64,000 bases of DNA from Podarcis gaigeae. Taxonomy: Eukaryota. The position numbers and the translations under genes were made by a program. Below the pieces are notes generated by a model, which searched no databases, was not told where the DNA came from, and worked only from the letters and a program-made list of their open reading frames with translations. Of this stretch, positions 38,390-52,054 are shown piece by piece. The stretch is from assembly GCA_964106915.2 (NCBI GenBank), contig OZ066914.1. The stretch is one strand, 5' to 3'. Numbering within the stretch: the first letter of the stretch is position 1; each line of letters starts with the position of its first letter.

Positions 38390-39399
38390 CTGTAAAAGAC
38401 AAGCATGGAGGTGGGTGAGGACCCATCAAGAAAGATGAGGAGACAGGAGTATATGTACACATTATTCCTGTAAAGCACATTTGAAGCATGTTGTTCCCCT
38501 CCAAGAGTTCTGAGCCCTGTACTGTAGTTTGTGAATGGTTGCTGAGAATTGTAACAAAGTGAGGGGTAAACTGTATACCCATAATTCTTTAAGGAGCAGG
38601 GAAATGTCTTTCAAATGTGCTTTAAATATATTGCATGTGCACAGACAGTATGTTCTGCTTTCTGATCAGGATCACCTTTGCCCCCTCCCTAGGGGATTCT
38701 GAGGCTTGGGTACTAGTCTATGTTTTTAATTAGTGGGGGCTTGTCACTCTTTCTAGAGTTCCAGGACTCAATGATATTATGTGGTCTCCAATGTGTTAAA
38801 GGTTCAAACAGCAGAGAGCTGGAAGACATCTGAAGCCCTCTATAGATGACTTTCTTGCTCCACCAGAAGATAGCTCCATGACCAATTAAGACTGGAATCA
38901 GGAATCAGGCCCTTAGACTTCACATTTGCCATCCTGGGAGAGAATGATCCAAAATATTACAGAGGGGCATTCAACACCAGCACTGAGAAGATGTGTGGCG
39001 CTCACTCTGGAGAAGGAGAACAGGACTAGAGTCAAAAGTGACAGATCAACAGATGTGGCTCTTACCTTTGTCAAATAGGCTGCGTTCCAGCCATGCAAAA
39101 GTCGGAACTTTCTACACCAGCCCACCCTCACAACTCCAAGCAAGTGACAGGCATTGTTATAGGTCAAGGACTATATTCTAGTTCAAAGATACATTCCAGC
39201 CATGCAAAGGCACTTGAGGGTGTGGAGCAGGGCAAGTGAGGGTTGTGGCCTGGGAAGTGCCCCAAGGGTTGTACGGAGAGGTCTAAAGGGTCATAGTCAG
39301 CCCTCAGGCCCAAGGTTTGCCATCCCTGGGCCCAGGCAAAACACCTCATGGGGTGCTGATGCTGAACAGCAGCTCCTCCCACTGTTTCCCCATCCTTAC

Positions 39400-39519
39400 C
39401 TGTGACATAGAGGTGAGCATAGCAGGTGGCCTTGCCCAGTTTGTTGGCAATGACACTTTTATAAACCCCGGCGTGGGCGTGACTGACAGAGATGAAGACC
39501 AAGCGATGCACATCCTTGT
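39400..39519 (-). CDS. SPEG: SPEG exon YKDVHRLVF...CYAHLYVT
   Basis: 120 nt; AG/GT. Confidence 0.95.
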
Positions 39520-40553
39520 CTGCAATGGATGGTGGAAGGGAGGGAACAGAGAACACGTTACAATCTTTGTACAAAGGAACAACCAGTGAGAGCCAAAGCA
39601 TACAGGTACTGACATTTTTGCTAGGGAAATGATATTAGGGACATGGGGAGGGAAGGTGTAGCAATGTGTGTGTGGGGGGGGTAGAATCCTGCAGGTGCTG
39701 CTGGGGTAAGGACGTGCTGCCTTACAGGTGTGATGGGCACAGGCAGGATGGGCCAGAGCTAGTGTGACGCAGGGGCAATGACAGCCACCTATTGTCATCC
39801 CAGCCACCTTTCGCCATTAAGAGGAGGAGAATGGGAAACAAAGAGATCTGAGTTAACCTGGACACAGTTCTGCATATGCTCCTTTGGAAATCACGGGAAA
39901 CTGTGCAAGTCACAGCACAGCTCCTGTGAGGTCTGAGATGGGGAACTTCCCGGCAGATGGTCCTCATGTTAATTTGTTAAGAGAGGGGGGATCATCCAAT
40001 TTTCCACTTCAAGCACCAATATGTTTTGGCTCAACCCTGCCTTATTTTCACTGGGAAGGGCTCAGCAAATTGCCCCCCAGCTCCAGCTGGTGCTTCTATA
40101 TCAAGGCCAGTGTCAGAGGTTGACACAGTCGGGCATCCGCTGCGATCTATGGCTCTGCAGAGGTCCCACTGCCAAGAGACTCAGGCCCCTTCCCCTTCGC
40201 CTCCTTGCCACAGCCACCTTCCTCTGGCCCAGAGGGGGGTGAGCTGAGCAAGGGGACAATGGTGGCAAGAAAGAAAACAAGAAGCTGCTCACATAGCCAC
40301 CTATCCTCCAGCTCTTTATTGGGGAAGTACATCCCCCCTCCCAAAAAAAAGTCTGGAGGGGCCTTGTTTCTTATGCAAAGCAGCTCACAGATGAGATAAA
40401 TTACAATCACCATAACAATGAGGAGGAGGAATAAACAAGTGATGGCAGTGCACAGAGGCTGCCTGGTCCAAGGCCTCCCTGCTCTGGATCTGGCCCTGTT
40501 TCATGAGGCAGCTCCCTTATGCGCATGGGTGAAATGCAAGGGGAGAAGCCTAC

Positions 40554-40783
40554 ACTGCATCATCCTGCGATCATCAGTGCTCTCAATGCGCCGGCCCTTG
40601 TGGAACCAGGTAATGGCTGGGTAGGGCAGCCCAGCCACTTGGCACTCAAGCACAGCCTCCTTGGATTCCACCACGTCCAGGTCATGCAGCGGCCGCAGAA
40701 AGTCAGGCATGGTGAAGCGCTCCACTTCGCTCTCCCCTTGTTCTGGCTCCTCGGGGATAGAGGGCATCTTCTCCAGCTTGGAG
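40554..40783 (-). CDS. SPEG: SPEG exon [14 protein letters not shown]...DDRRMMQ (Ig)
   Basis: 230 nt; AG/GT. Confidence 0.95.
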
Positions 40784-42477
40784 CTGCAAGGCCAAAAAGG
40801 GAGAGGAAAGAGAGGTCTCAATCAATGCAGCCAGCCCAGCCACAGGGCTGCCCTGCTCATGGGACTCCACAGCCACATCCCACAAAGGATAAGTTGGAGG
40901 TATCCTATTGGAACAGGAAAAGCCATCTCTGCAGGCAAGCCATGATCAGGTTTCACAGATGCAGACATGGTGGAGAAAAGCCATAGGGGATTTTCTTGCA
41001 AACATTCCCCAGGGAAAACAAGCAGCAGACAAATGAGGGTTGGGAAGTGCTCCCATTGTTACAGAAGGGAGATCAAGTGATCCCAAAGGAGCTGCGGAAG
41101 TATGAAACAAATGTGGATTATGGAGTGATTGCAGGGGGGAATAACAGATCAATATCATTCAGTGTGTGGCTAGGAAAAGAGGATCCCTAACTACTGGAGT
41201 TTGATAGTGACTATACAGAGATAAGGAACCATGCCAAGAGAAATCAACCAGGCAAAAGCAGCTGGTGAATATATTTCCTCCTGCTTCACAAACAGAAAAC
41301 TGTAGGTGTATAAGGCAGGAAACGCCATACTTTCTTGGAGCAGTTTTTGATAGCCATAGGAAAATCTGCTGGTTGTATGAAATAGGTAATATATTGGGTA
41401 ATAAACTGGGTAATAATATACAGTACCGAACCCAACCCAGTTCAATCGCTTCAGGGTTTTGTCCATGCTTAAAGAGGAATGGAAAAACATTTGCCTTTAA
41501 CTAAAGTTGAGATGTCTTGCAATCAACTCAACAGCTTGGCTCTGGGGAGGGATAATGCTTTTCATTGCCCTGGAATAACCAGATAACTGCCTGTTTGCAT
41601 GCAGTGCCAGGGATATCTGCTATTCTGCTACAACAGATTGACTCTCCCGGTCCTTTTTTATATTACATGTAATCGGTTCAATTGGCCTTAATATAAAATG
41701 CCTCTATTTTGTCTGGCTAATGTCCATCGTTTTAAGCATGCTAATTATAGTTGCTGATGCATTGAAGGATTTGTGCTCTGAAAGAGCATGTGCACTTATA
41801 AGACCTGGAACAGGAATACAAGAGCGGAGTATGTTGGGAAAGACTGGTAAGGCCACAGGCAAAGCTGATTCTCACAAGAAGACGGCAAGAGCCCTCTGAG
41901 AGCGACTGTGTTTGAGGGCCACTCTGGTTTGGGCAACGAGCCAGGCTGTGACGGGGCCTGCATTCCAGGGAGCTTCCTGTGAGCTTGGGTCAGTGAGAAC
42001 AGAGGCCGGGTCTGGTTCTCATGAATACAGAATTACTCCCAGGTTGAGCAGTTTTCCCCTCATATTAGGATTGCTGGGCCAGGGTGGGGAGCAGCTATCA
42101 CCACTCATATACAAATGTCAGTAAGGCAATGCATTTGAAACACAGAAGTTATTATCACAGACAAACAACTTCTAGCTGTTTATTGCCTGACATTAATATG
42201 GAACTTGGGGGTGGGGAGAAGCCACACTGTGTAGTCAAAAGCCAAACAAAACAAACAGCATTTATTCCATTGGTCAGGACTGTTTAAAAATGGCCCAGGC
42301 CTTAAATGTGCCCTCCCCACAAAAAAAGATGCAGTGCCGGGATACAGTGCAAGCCAAATTAGGAGGCCATGGGTACATTCGCATAAGCAAATTAGCACAG
42401 GAAGATAGCTGGTGTCAGAACATTGGCTGTAAGAAATATTAAAATGCCCACAACTGACTGTGACCCAACACCTAAGG

Positions 42478-42839
42478 CAAGTGGTAGGGAACTTCAGGCC
42501 CAGGGTCCAAATGTGGCCCTCCAGGTTCTCTACCTGGCCCTTGGGTCTCTCCCCAGACTACTACCACCCCACTCCTCAGGCCCCAAGTGCTTTTCCCCTC
42601 TGACTGGAATATGTTCCTGAACTGTAGAAATGTCCCTTGCTTGCCTGGAGAGAGGATGGAGAAAGGTGTGTGTTTGGGGATGCAGAGAGAAAGAGAGAGA
42701 ACACTCTCTGACTTTTCTGTGGCTGAAACAAAGCCTACTGTAGAAAGGTTACTTACCACCCATGGAACCTTTCACCCCTTGAAAGGTTATCCATGTGCTA
42801 ATGTGGTCCTTGAGCTGGAAAAAAGGTTCCCTGCCCCTG
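42478..42839. mobile_element. Older hAT-like non-autonomous element (related fragments near 18385-18600, 39180-39330, 60245-60500)
   Basis: Ends caagtggtagggaac / gttccctgcccctg; shared internal motifs. Confidence 0.6.
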
Positions 42840-42895
42840 ATTTAATGGGATATCCTAGGCCCCATCCTCAGCCCTTCCTTTCTCCTCATACTCAC

Positions 42896-43085
42896 ATCTG
42901 AGAGCTGGTTGCTGGTCTCGGCTCCTCCACATACAGCTCAGCGGTGCACTCGGCTCGGCCATGTTTGTTGCTGGCGCTCACTCCGTACTGGCCCTCGTCC
43001 TCGGAGCTCACGTGCAGGAGCAGCAGCGAGTACAGCCCACCGTCCTGCTGCAGGCGCATGGTTTCCCCCTCTTGCACAGGCTGGC
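42896..43085 (-). CDS. SPEG: SPEG exon GQPVQE...[15 protein letters not shown] (Ig)
   Basis: 190 nt; AG/GT. Confidence 0.95.
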
Positions 43086-43919
43086 CTGCATCAGACACAT
43101 CTCAGTCAGAGAGCCCTGGTCCGAAAGCAGGAGGAAGCAAGGCAGGCTTTATCCTTAACGAAACCAAGCCTTCCACTGGTTTAGGGCCTGGAACGGGGAG
43201 GTGGCATCCCTCTATCCCTTGGGCCACGATAGGGAATGGAAATAAAGAGGGAGAGGCCTTGCCCAGCCCCACCCCAGAAGAGTAGCTATATTGAAATTTA
43301 TGACATGGGGTAGGTAGGCCACACTGCCCTACACATGCTAGTCTTGCTACAAATGTGGGAGAGCTCTTTTGCCAGCAACCGGCTCCCAGTCTGAAGAAGA
43401 GGGTGGCATCCAGCACAGCTCAGGATCCTGAATAAAAACTTGTAGATCAACTTTGTCATCCAGAGCAGCGGCTGAGTTCGTAGCTGGAAACAGAGTATGC
43501 AGAAAGGCCTGCTGTGCACTTGAGAACTGTGGACACTCCAACAAGACAGTGAAGAGAACACTACAGAGGCATGTACATGGGTGCAAGCCCAGCCAAACTC
43601 CATCGATACTGAGAGGTAGGGACTCTGTGCCCAGTCCTTAGGTGGACACATTTGACCATAATCAGATGTGCTGGTTTCAATTCAAGAAGCTGATTGATGG
43701 TCTGCCCCTGCCCCCTCCTCCCAGTTGTCATGGTTTCCAAAAAGGAACGTGGAGTGGGGAGCAGCTTGACCCTGCGGCCTGATCTCTCTGCAACATCAAG
43801 GCCACCATGAATAGATGGGCACCAATCCCACACTCTATTGTCCTCCCAACCCCCCAAAAGCTGATTTTTGAATTCCCAGTTACCCAGAGCCTCCTGTACT
43901 GGGAGATGGAGGCTATTAC

Positions 43920-44078
43920 CGAAGCGTGTCCAGGTGACAACTGGTGTGGGTTTGCCGCTGATCTTGCAGTCGAACCGTGCCATCCGCCCCTCCACCACAG
44001 CCACGGCCTCCAGCTTGCGGGTGAAGAGTGGCTGCTGCGAGGGCAAGACCGTCAGCTTGGCGCTGCATGTCAGCTCAT
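43920..44078 (-). CDS. SPEG: SPEG exon [11 protein letters not shown]...PVVTWTRF (Ig)
   Basis: 159 nt; AG/GT. Confidence 0.95.
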
Positions 44079-44485
44079 CTGCAAGGCACAGCGAAGGGTC
44101 AGCTACAGTGGAGGGCCCTGGCAGCAGATTGTGTGACTGGACTGCTATACCCGTGGGCATGGGGCGCTTGTGAGAAGTTGTGAGCAAGGGAAACGTTGGG
44201 GGCAAAAGAGCAGGAAGGAAGTTCTTTGAGCATAGGGTTGGAGTTATTAAGGAAGAGGAGAGTTCATAAGCTAATTGCTCCTGCTTCTTTCTGGGCACTG
44301 TCTTAAAGCTGACCCTGGCTTCCAATTCTCCTTGTGACCATTAGATCCTAATGCTTGGAGGTAGGTTATTTTTATGATTCATTTACTTATTAATGCAATA
44401 TAATTATTTGCTATTCTTCCTTGTGAAAATTCTTGCTAATCTTTTGATAACACCTTGAGCCAGTTTGGCTAATTTCTTATGGGAA

Positions 44486-44847
44486 GGTAAAGGTAAAGGT
44501 ACCCCTGCCCGTACGGGCCAGTCTTGACAGACTCTGGGGTTGTGCGCCCATCTCACTTAAGAGGCCAGGGGCCAGCGCTGTCCGGAGACACTTCCGGGTC
44601 ACGTGGCCAGCGTGACATCGCTGCTCTGGCGAGCCAGAGCCGCACACGGAAACGCCGTTTACCTTCCCGCTGGTAAGCGGTCCCTATTTATCTACTTGCA
44701 CCTGGGGGTGCTTTCGAACTGCTAGGTTGGCAGGCGCTGGGACCGAGCAGCGGGAGCGCACCCCGCCGCAGGGATTCGAACCGCCGACCTTTCGATCGGC
44801 AAGTCCTAGGCGCTGAGGCTTTAACCCACAGTGCCACCTGCGTCCCC
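44486..44847 (-). mobile_element. Full-length Sauria SINE with 12-bp TSD
   Basis: 5' gggacgcaggtggcactgtgggttaa...ggttcgaatccc; (ACCTTT)n tail; TSD TTCTTATGGGAA at 44474-44485 and 44848-44859. Confidence 0.92.
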
Positions 44848-44980
44848 TTCTTATGGGAAAGCAGCATACAAATAAGCAGGCAAATGAATGAATTATCCAA
44901 CTTTTTAAATGGTTCTGCTCTTCTGCACTGAATGCCACTCTTTCTGGTGCACAGAAATGAAACAGGGAAAGGTGCGTGCT

Positions 44981-44984
<4 letters not shown>

Positions 44985-45055
<71 letters not shown>
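44985..45055. repeat. (CT)n(CA)n microsatellite
   Basis: Direct inspection. Confidence 0.95.
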
Positions 45056-45058
<3 letters not shown>

Positions 45059-47932
45059 TTTCTCTCCAAACCACAAAATTCCTCAGCTGCTAAATTTCTG
45101 TATGTCAGGTTGCTGTTATAGGCACAGGATCCAGGCCAGGGTGTGGGTAAGAGGAGAAAGTGGCAACAACCCTCCTTAGAACATTCCTGCAAAAGCTGCC
45201 AGCCTCTGTTCAAATCACTAAGGTAACAGAATCTAAGCCCCTTTGTATGGGTAGGTGTCAGGTTTGCCAGTTTCCCTCCCCTCCTCTGCAACTCCCTTCA
45301 ACATCTGTTCATTGGCTTTGAATCTGTCATCTGACAGGGCCGTCAGAGGATGTACTTGAGCATGTCTGAGACTAGGAGAGAGAAGGAGAATGTAAATAAA
45401 AGTCATTTGCCTCCCTAATCAGGTTGCCACTACTACTGTGCAGGCCTCTCTAATAGTGACAGCCACTGTAGTGTCATCATTACTAGGACACTGGGCACTA
45501 CCAGTGGGTTTAATTTGCAAACAGGTTGTTGGCGATAAGTACAACCCGGAAAGGTAAAATTGTATTTTTTGTTGACAGTGATAAGCACTTCTGGGCAGTG
45601 TTGGCTGGTTCCCATTGGAATTGGTGGGGCCTATGGGAAGGAGGCCCAGCAACCAGTGGAGCCAGAGCCAATAACAGGCAGAGTCAGCAAATCCCCCATC
45701 ATCCTCCCTGCTTCGTTCTGCAACGGAAACCCTGTTAAGACTAAGGAGGAGGAGACTAAGGAGGAGGAAGCCGACAGACCATTTTGCCCCCTGGACAAGC
45801 AAGACAGTGAGCAGGGGGGATTGGCTGAGAACAGACTGAGGCTGGCAGCCCAGTGCTCCATTCACCCTATTGGACCAGCCTCCACTGCTTATGGGGATTT
45901 TCTCCCTCAGGTGCCAATATAACTTGTCTCGCCTTGCTAAGCTGCTTACACGCAAACAAGGTGCCGTTTTTAAAGCCAGCCCCACCGCTTCTGCCACAAA
46001 GCAAGAAAGAGAGGTGATTGTGGCAAGAAATGGGTAACAAGCAATGCCATTGCAGGCCCTAACCAATCCCACACCACTTGGGGAATTCTTCCAAGCCACT
46101 GAACAGATTCCAAAGGGGTCTGGGGTGTGTCTGAGGCAAGTGAAATAGGACTGCTCAGCTCCTTTCTCTCATGGAACTCCTGGTCTGGGGCTAGAACTCT
46201 GGTGCCTAGCTAAAAGCACCAGTGGAGTTCCTTATTGCAACTGTTTGATAGTGGAGTAGCTGTGCATGGCCTTGGGTGCTAGAGGGCACAATGACATAGC
46301 ATCTGAGTGACAAACAGGTTCAAGGCTTGGTGCAAACTGTTAAGAGGTATGGCTATCCCCTTCCCTGGAAAAAAAATGGTGCTTGGATGTCTTCTGCTAC
46401 ATACACACTGTGTCTTTAAAGCATATTCAAAGCACATCCCAAGGATTCAGGGAACCCTCACAGAGCTACCATTCCCAGTACCCTTAGCAAACTACAGTTA
46501 TCGGGATTCTTTGGGTGAAGGAAATGTGCTTTAAGTATGGTTTGTACACATCCTTCTTTTCTGAATGTGAACTGTGTGCTCATATGAGCTTAGGGTGGGA
46601 GCTTTCCCTTTGCCCACTTTTGCAAGCTAGCCGCTCCGCATGTAACCTCTCCACGCACGAAATGACCTTTTCAGCCTGGCCACATAAAAGCAAGCAAGCA
46701 GGTCTGTGGAGGTTATTCTTGGCTGTATTATTTGTCCTGCCAGTTCAGAAGCTTGGTACATACCTAAGGTATAAGGCCTACTATATTAATATATTTCTTT
46801 CCTTCTCTGCTGAAGCTTCTTGTCCCTTAATACAGGTCCAGAAGCAACTCTCAGCTAGGGACTCAAATCCAGGATTGTAACCCAGAGAGGACTGGCACGG
46901 CCACACATTTGCATCCTTTACTATACCTCTTGCCCCTTTGACTCCCTGCCCCCCAACCCATAAATTGCCCAGGAATTTATCTCAGCTCACCAGTCTGGAA
47001 TGTCTTTTTATCTAACGCCAACTCAAGTGCACTGTGTTTGAGCACACACTCTACAGTGAAAGCACATTTAAAGCAAATGACTTCACTCTCCCACCAAGAA
47101 TCCAGGGAACTGTAGTTTGTTAAAGGTGCTGGGAGTTATAGTTCTATGGGGGGTAACCTACAGTTCCTAGAATTATATGGGGGAAATACATGTGTTTTAA
47201 ATGTATGGTAGCTACTCAACCCTAGATAGCTCTGCATAAGAAAGAAAATGGGGAAGCTCTTCTCTACCCCACACCCTAAAAACAACCAGGTGTCTCTTTG
47301 GTCCTTGCAGGAGAATTGTAATGAACTAGTAGCATAGAAATAACTGGCAAGGGAATTCCAAAAACATGCCATTATATTTTTTGTGCTGGTTATTTGGTTT
47401 TCTATCGATTGCCGTTTGTTCTGATTCAGCAGGAAACAGCGGGTTTTCCAAGGGAAAGTAGCAAGACAAAAAAGAAACCTCTCAGACCTGTGACTAGAAA
47501 TCATGGGACAAAGAAAAGTGTGGATTGGCTCTAACTTGTGCTGTATAACCCTTGGCCATTTGGACAGCAGGCTGGGCTCTGGTAGCTGCTGTTGTTCACT
47601 CCGTATGGCAGTGGGGACATATTTCATGTTGTTAGGCGATTTCTCCACTCCCACCACCCACTTTGCATGAACACTTTTAGTATTCTTATATTTGTACTCT
47701 TTTTATGGAATTTGTTATTGTATTTTAAGTCACTTCAGGATGTCCATAAGTAAACTAAACTAAATTTGTTCTGCAGTTTCCCCTATCCAATCCAGTTGCC
47801 CTTCCCCAGCCTTGATATATATATTTGATTTACTAAATCTGTCATGGATACACCACTATACACATCTATACACATCTATTCAGAAACAAGTCCCACAGAG
47901 TTTAATGTGTAGGACCTTCTCTCAAATGGGTA

Positions 47933-48080
47933 CATAGACTCATAGAGTTGGAAGGGACCCAGAGGGTCATTTAGTCCAACCCCCTGCAATGCAGGAATAT
48001 GCAGTTGTCTCTTACAGGAATCAAAACTACAACCTTGGTATTATCAGCACCACACTCTAACCAACTGAGCTATCCAGCTG
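47933..48080 (-). mobile_element. tRNA-Ile-derived SINE with CR1-type 3' tail (second copy)
   Basis: Reverse complement: agctggatagctcagttggttagagtgtggtgctgataataccaagg...ccttccaactctatgagtctatg. Confidence 0.85.
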
Positions 48081-48680
48081 AACAAATCTACTCAGAAGAA
48101 AGTCCATCAAGTTCAATAGAAAGTGCTCCCAAGTGATGTGCGCCTAGGATTGCAGTCTCAATGCGTTTTCTAGGTGGCAGGGAAGCAGATAGGGTGAAGT
48201 GACGGTTCTTACATTGGTTTAATGAGGCATGCCAGCCCCCAGGGCCTATGGCAGCAGGCTATTCATGCTTCCTGCTTTAGTATAAAGAATGAATTGTAAC
48301 ACTTTAAACATGTGTGCCTATTTTGAATGGTCAAATAAAAATGGAATCTTAAAACTTCAGCATCACAGAGACACCATCCCCCCACCCAATTATATCAGTG
48401 CAGTGATGACCCTGTTGCAAATAGGGTTGCCAGCTGACCAGAAAAAAACTGAGCCCAACCTGCTCTCGTGCCTGTAAGAGCACCTGAATATGTAGGAACA
48501 AGTAGGTTAAGGGTTTCAAAGGATGGAGATAAACATCACCTATTTATATATGTTCATCACACTGCTATTAAAGGCACTGTTACAATGGTTGGTTGAAGGT
48601 GAGCAGCCAGTTACAAGCATCCCCTTCTTGCTCCTGGACCACCTTGACTTCTCCCAGTGCAGCATTTCCTCCTTCCTTAC

Positions 48681-48941
48681 CTTTAGCTGTGCTAAGCTTG
48701 CACGTGTAGATACCACTATCATCCTCATGCACAGAGGTAAGCAGTAGCTTGCACTTGCGCCCATCGAAATGCATCTTGCACTGGAGCAGAGCAGGCTGGA
48801 GCAGGCGCCCCCGCCATAGCCAGTCCACATCCACATCAGGTGGGCCAGACACCAGGCACTCGAAGAGAGCTGCATCCCCAGCCCCCACCACCACGTCCTG
48901 CAGGGGGGCCAGCACTGCCAAGGACTGGGTCTCAGGGTGCA
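48681..48941 (-). CDS. SPEG: SPEG exon [15 protein letters not shown]...[14 protein letters not shown] (Ig)
   Basis: ORF track 48580..49050; 261 nt; AG/GT. Confidence 0.96.
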
Positions 48942-49984
48942 CTGGGGGAAAGGAGGGGAGGGGGAAGGGAGGAGGAAACGGGAAAAAAGAGAGAGAAAGA
49001 AAGATGCGTCTCTGAGCAATGGAACAAAAACAGGAAAAGATGCAGGGCACAAGGTGGGGGAAGCATGTAGTGAGTATTCATGACTAAGTGAGATTGCCAA
49101 GCTGGCCAACATCTTGTTGATTGCCAGCAAGAGTAAAGGGTGCGATCCCTTCCCCATCCCTACTGTTAAGTGTCATGCAGTACTCCGATTCCTTTGGTTC
49201 AATATTCTCATAAGGATAATAATGCTAAGCTAGATTAAACTAGCAATGACTGACTTCAGTATGCTGAAACTTCACTCATTCCATTTCTGGCTATGTTCAG
49301 TGTCTATTAGTTTCTTCAATTGTATAAGTATAATGAACAAAAAAAACCCTAGGGCTTCTGCAGTCTCCCAGAGTAGCTCTGAGGCATGGCTAACTTTCTA
49401 CAAGAGCTGCACAACTCACTGGGGGTAACTAATACCATCACCTTGACAAATAACTTTAAGCTGCTCAAGACGCAAAGGAGGAGGAAGCATATGTATCTTG
49501 CACTGCCTGTTCCTCCCCTACATCTCAAACACCCAAAGCCACGATAAATGCTGAATGGAAAAACCTGATGCAGTAACTCTAGTTCTCGTGCTAAACCAGG
49601 ATGCAAGACTAAGAACTAAGGAGAAGGAATAAGTTGCTTCCCCCATGGCCCAGGGTCTTCTTTCCTCCACACATCAGGGAACCAATGGCCTGTAAATTTT
49701 GCACACTTCAAACTACCAAGTTAAGACAAATCCGAGCAAATACTTCTGTGTGTACTGTGTTTAATACTTCAACAAAATACTACTTGAGGCTGGCAACCCG
49801 TTAACCACTGCAACCAGGAATGAGTATCAGGAGAGAGGAAGGCAGCCATATTCAGAAGCAAATTAAATGTGAATGAAAGAATGATGGGGTGTGGAGAACA
49901 CAAGAGCAGGATATTGGGGTAAGAAGGGGACGTGGGGAAGAGGGAAACAGGGGTCTGCGCTAGGAACAAACCACACAGCACTTT

Positions 49985-50951
49985 TACCAAACGAAACAGA
50001 CTTTATTTCTTCTACAAAAAAGGGGTTCACTGTAGCCCAGCCCCTGTGAGACCTTCCCAGAGCGGGGTGGGCACAATGGTAGTAAGAGACTGCATCCCTG
50101 GCCTCCTTCATTAAAGATGCTCCATAGCCCAGCAGGCTCAAGTCTAGTGGGGTGCCATTATTTCCCTGAGCCCTCCTCCATCCCACACAACTCAGGGGCA
50201 AAGGTCCCTTCCCAGTGAGCTTGTGCTGTCCAGACTTCGTGCAGATAAGGACGCTGCCTTGCGTAAAGCTGAGCATGTAGTCTTCTGCCAAAGACACCTT
50301 CTTGGATTTGAGGGAAAGTAAGGCCTAGATTGGGCCTCCTCCTTCCAAAGCTGCCTCATTTTAGTGGGTGTGGTCCGTGGGTGAGCAGCACAAGCCTCTA
50401 GAGAAGCTGGCCAGGGAGCAGACAAGTTAGTGCTCTGCCCCAGGCCCCTGGAAACAGGAGTGTGCAAACAGGGGCAAGAAGACATGGACACATGGAAGAA
50501 ACAGAGAGCACCACACATTGGCCACAGTTCAGGCCAGACAGAAATGGATGCCGGCATGGGGATTAAACACCATCAGCACCTAGAGGTGTAACGCCTGGGT
50601 ACAGGCACAGGGCCCACCACTGAGATTATATGCCCTAGAGTGGATCACATGGAGACTCGATTGTACAGAGAGGCTTCCTGCCCACGCACTAAGGAGATGC
50701 CACAGATTGGTTCAGCTCACGCAGCTAAGGGCAGCCCAGAACTACTCTCCCACCCACAGTGGCTCACTCCTCCAGCTGCAGCCAGGCCCTGTGGGTCCAG
50801 GTGAGTCTCGGCGCTGGCCATCCAGTGGGTGGGGGCAGGAGCCAAGCCTTGCCAGTCTGGTTTGTTCAGTCAACGCTGGGAGCAGAGGCAACTGCCCAAG
50901 TTGTCTGGCTAGAGCGGCCCAGGGGCCAAGCAGTACCTTAGCTCACTCCCC
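49985..50951 (-). other. SPEG: Candidate alternative terminal exon (codes GGVS*, then ~950-nt 3'UTR) for short kinase-less APEG-1/BPEG-like isoforms
   Basis: Acceptor ctgactgtgtttttgtctgtacag|GGGGAGTGAGCTAA; AATAAA at 50002-50007 followed by a GU-rich tract; 3' end approximate. Confidence 0.7.
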
Positions 50952-52054
50952 CTGTACAGACAAAAACACAGTCAGCAAGCAAAGGGTTAGTGTAGCATGG
51001 TGGACACAGAGGCAAAGCACAGACAAATTCACACATGCCTGGTCAAAGCAAAGGGTTTGCCTGGCAGATACACAGATGTAGACACTGTCTGGCAAAGCAA
51101 AAGAGCAAGCACAGTGCACTTACACACAGACACACACTCCCATTTGCCTGACAGTGTCCCCTTCTTCCCAAGCCAACCAGTCCAACACTGAAGCCAGCCA
51201 GAACCCATTATAGGAAGTGTCAGACTCTTCTTCCTATCTAGGTAAAACATGCCACCTGGGAACATTCTGCAGATCCAGTGATCCTAGGAACAGACCCTGC
51301 AAGTCCTGTTCACTCAGGACCTGAAAACAGCCCTGCCTCTATTTCCCTAAAAGGTGATGCAATGGGCCAATCAGAGGGATTTGCATTCAGCACAAGGAGG
51401 CAGCAAGAGAGGCTGATCAAAGTGCAAAGGGCACCTTTTAAATGGGTGTAGGGAAAAGAACCAAAAGCCCCGCCAGACTGAGGTGAGCCAATATTGGATA
51501 TACCCTCAGCTATCAATGACAGGGAAAAATACAGTGCTGGTTCCTTCCAGCCTGCTCCAGTTCCTCCCTACACAAATCCCACTCAGGCCCATATTAGGCA
51601 TTACGGGGTCAGGTAACAGAGGCTGAGAAGTGAGCCTCTCCTTTTACTAGATGTAACCAGCATGGGGATAGCCTCCCATTTAGGCTCACAGGCCCTGTAA
51701 AGAGATGTCCATGTAGACAGGAGCTGGTTGCTCCAGTGCCAGTCCTACCATTAAGCAAAGCGAGGCATCTACATCAGGCAGGAAATGCTGGGGTGGCAAC
51801 AGCCCCGCCACAACCATTCTGCCTGAGTCCTATCAACTAGCCTGCTCTGCGCCCTGTAAAGCAACCTGCAGCCCTCAGGTACAGGGGAGGATGATGCCCC
51901 AGCATCAGTACTGAAGAAGTAATTTTACTGTAAGTGGTCAGATTCTGTACATGGAATGGGGAGGCACATCCTGCCTTTTGTCTCAGGCAGCAAAATGCCT
52001 GGGGTTGCTCCCTCACCTGGTGGTAGTGATGATGCCTGGCGCATGCCCCATCTG

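Noticed and set aside
45419-46099. 226-aa minus-strand ORF inside a SPEG intron
   Set aside because: No Ig/Fn3 features, and flanking exons 48681 and 44078 already join into a continuous Ig sequence (STAK-DELTC).
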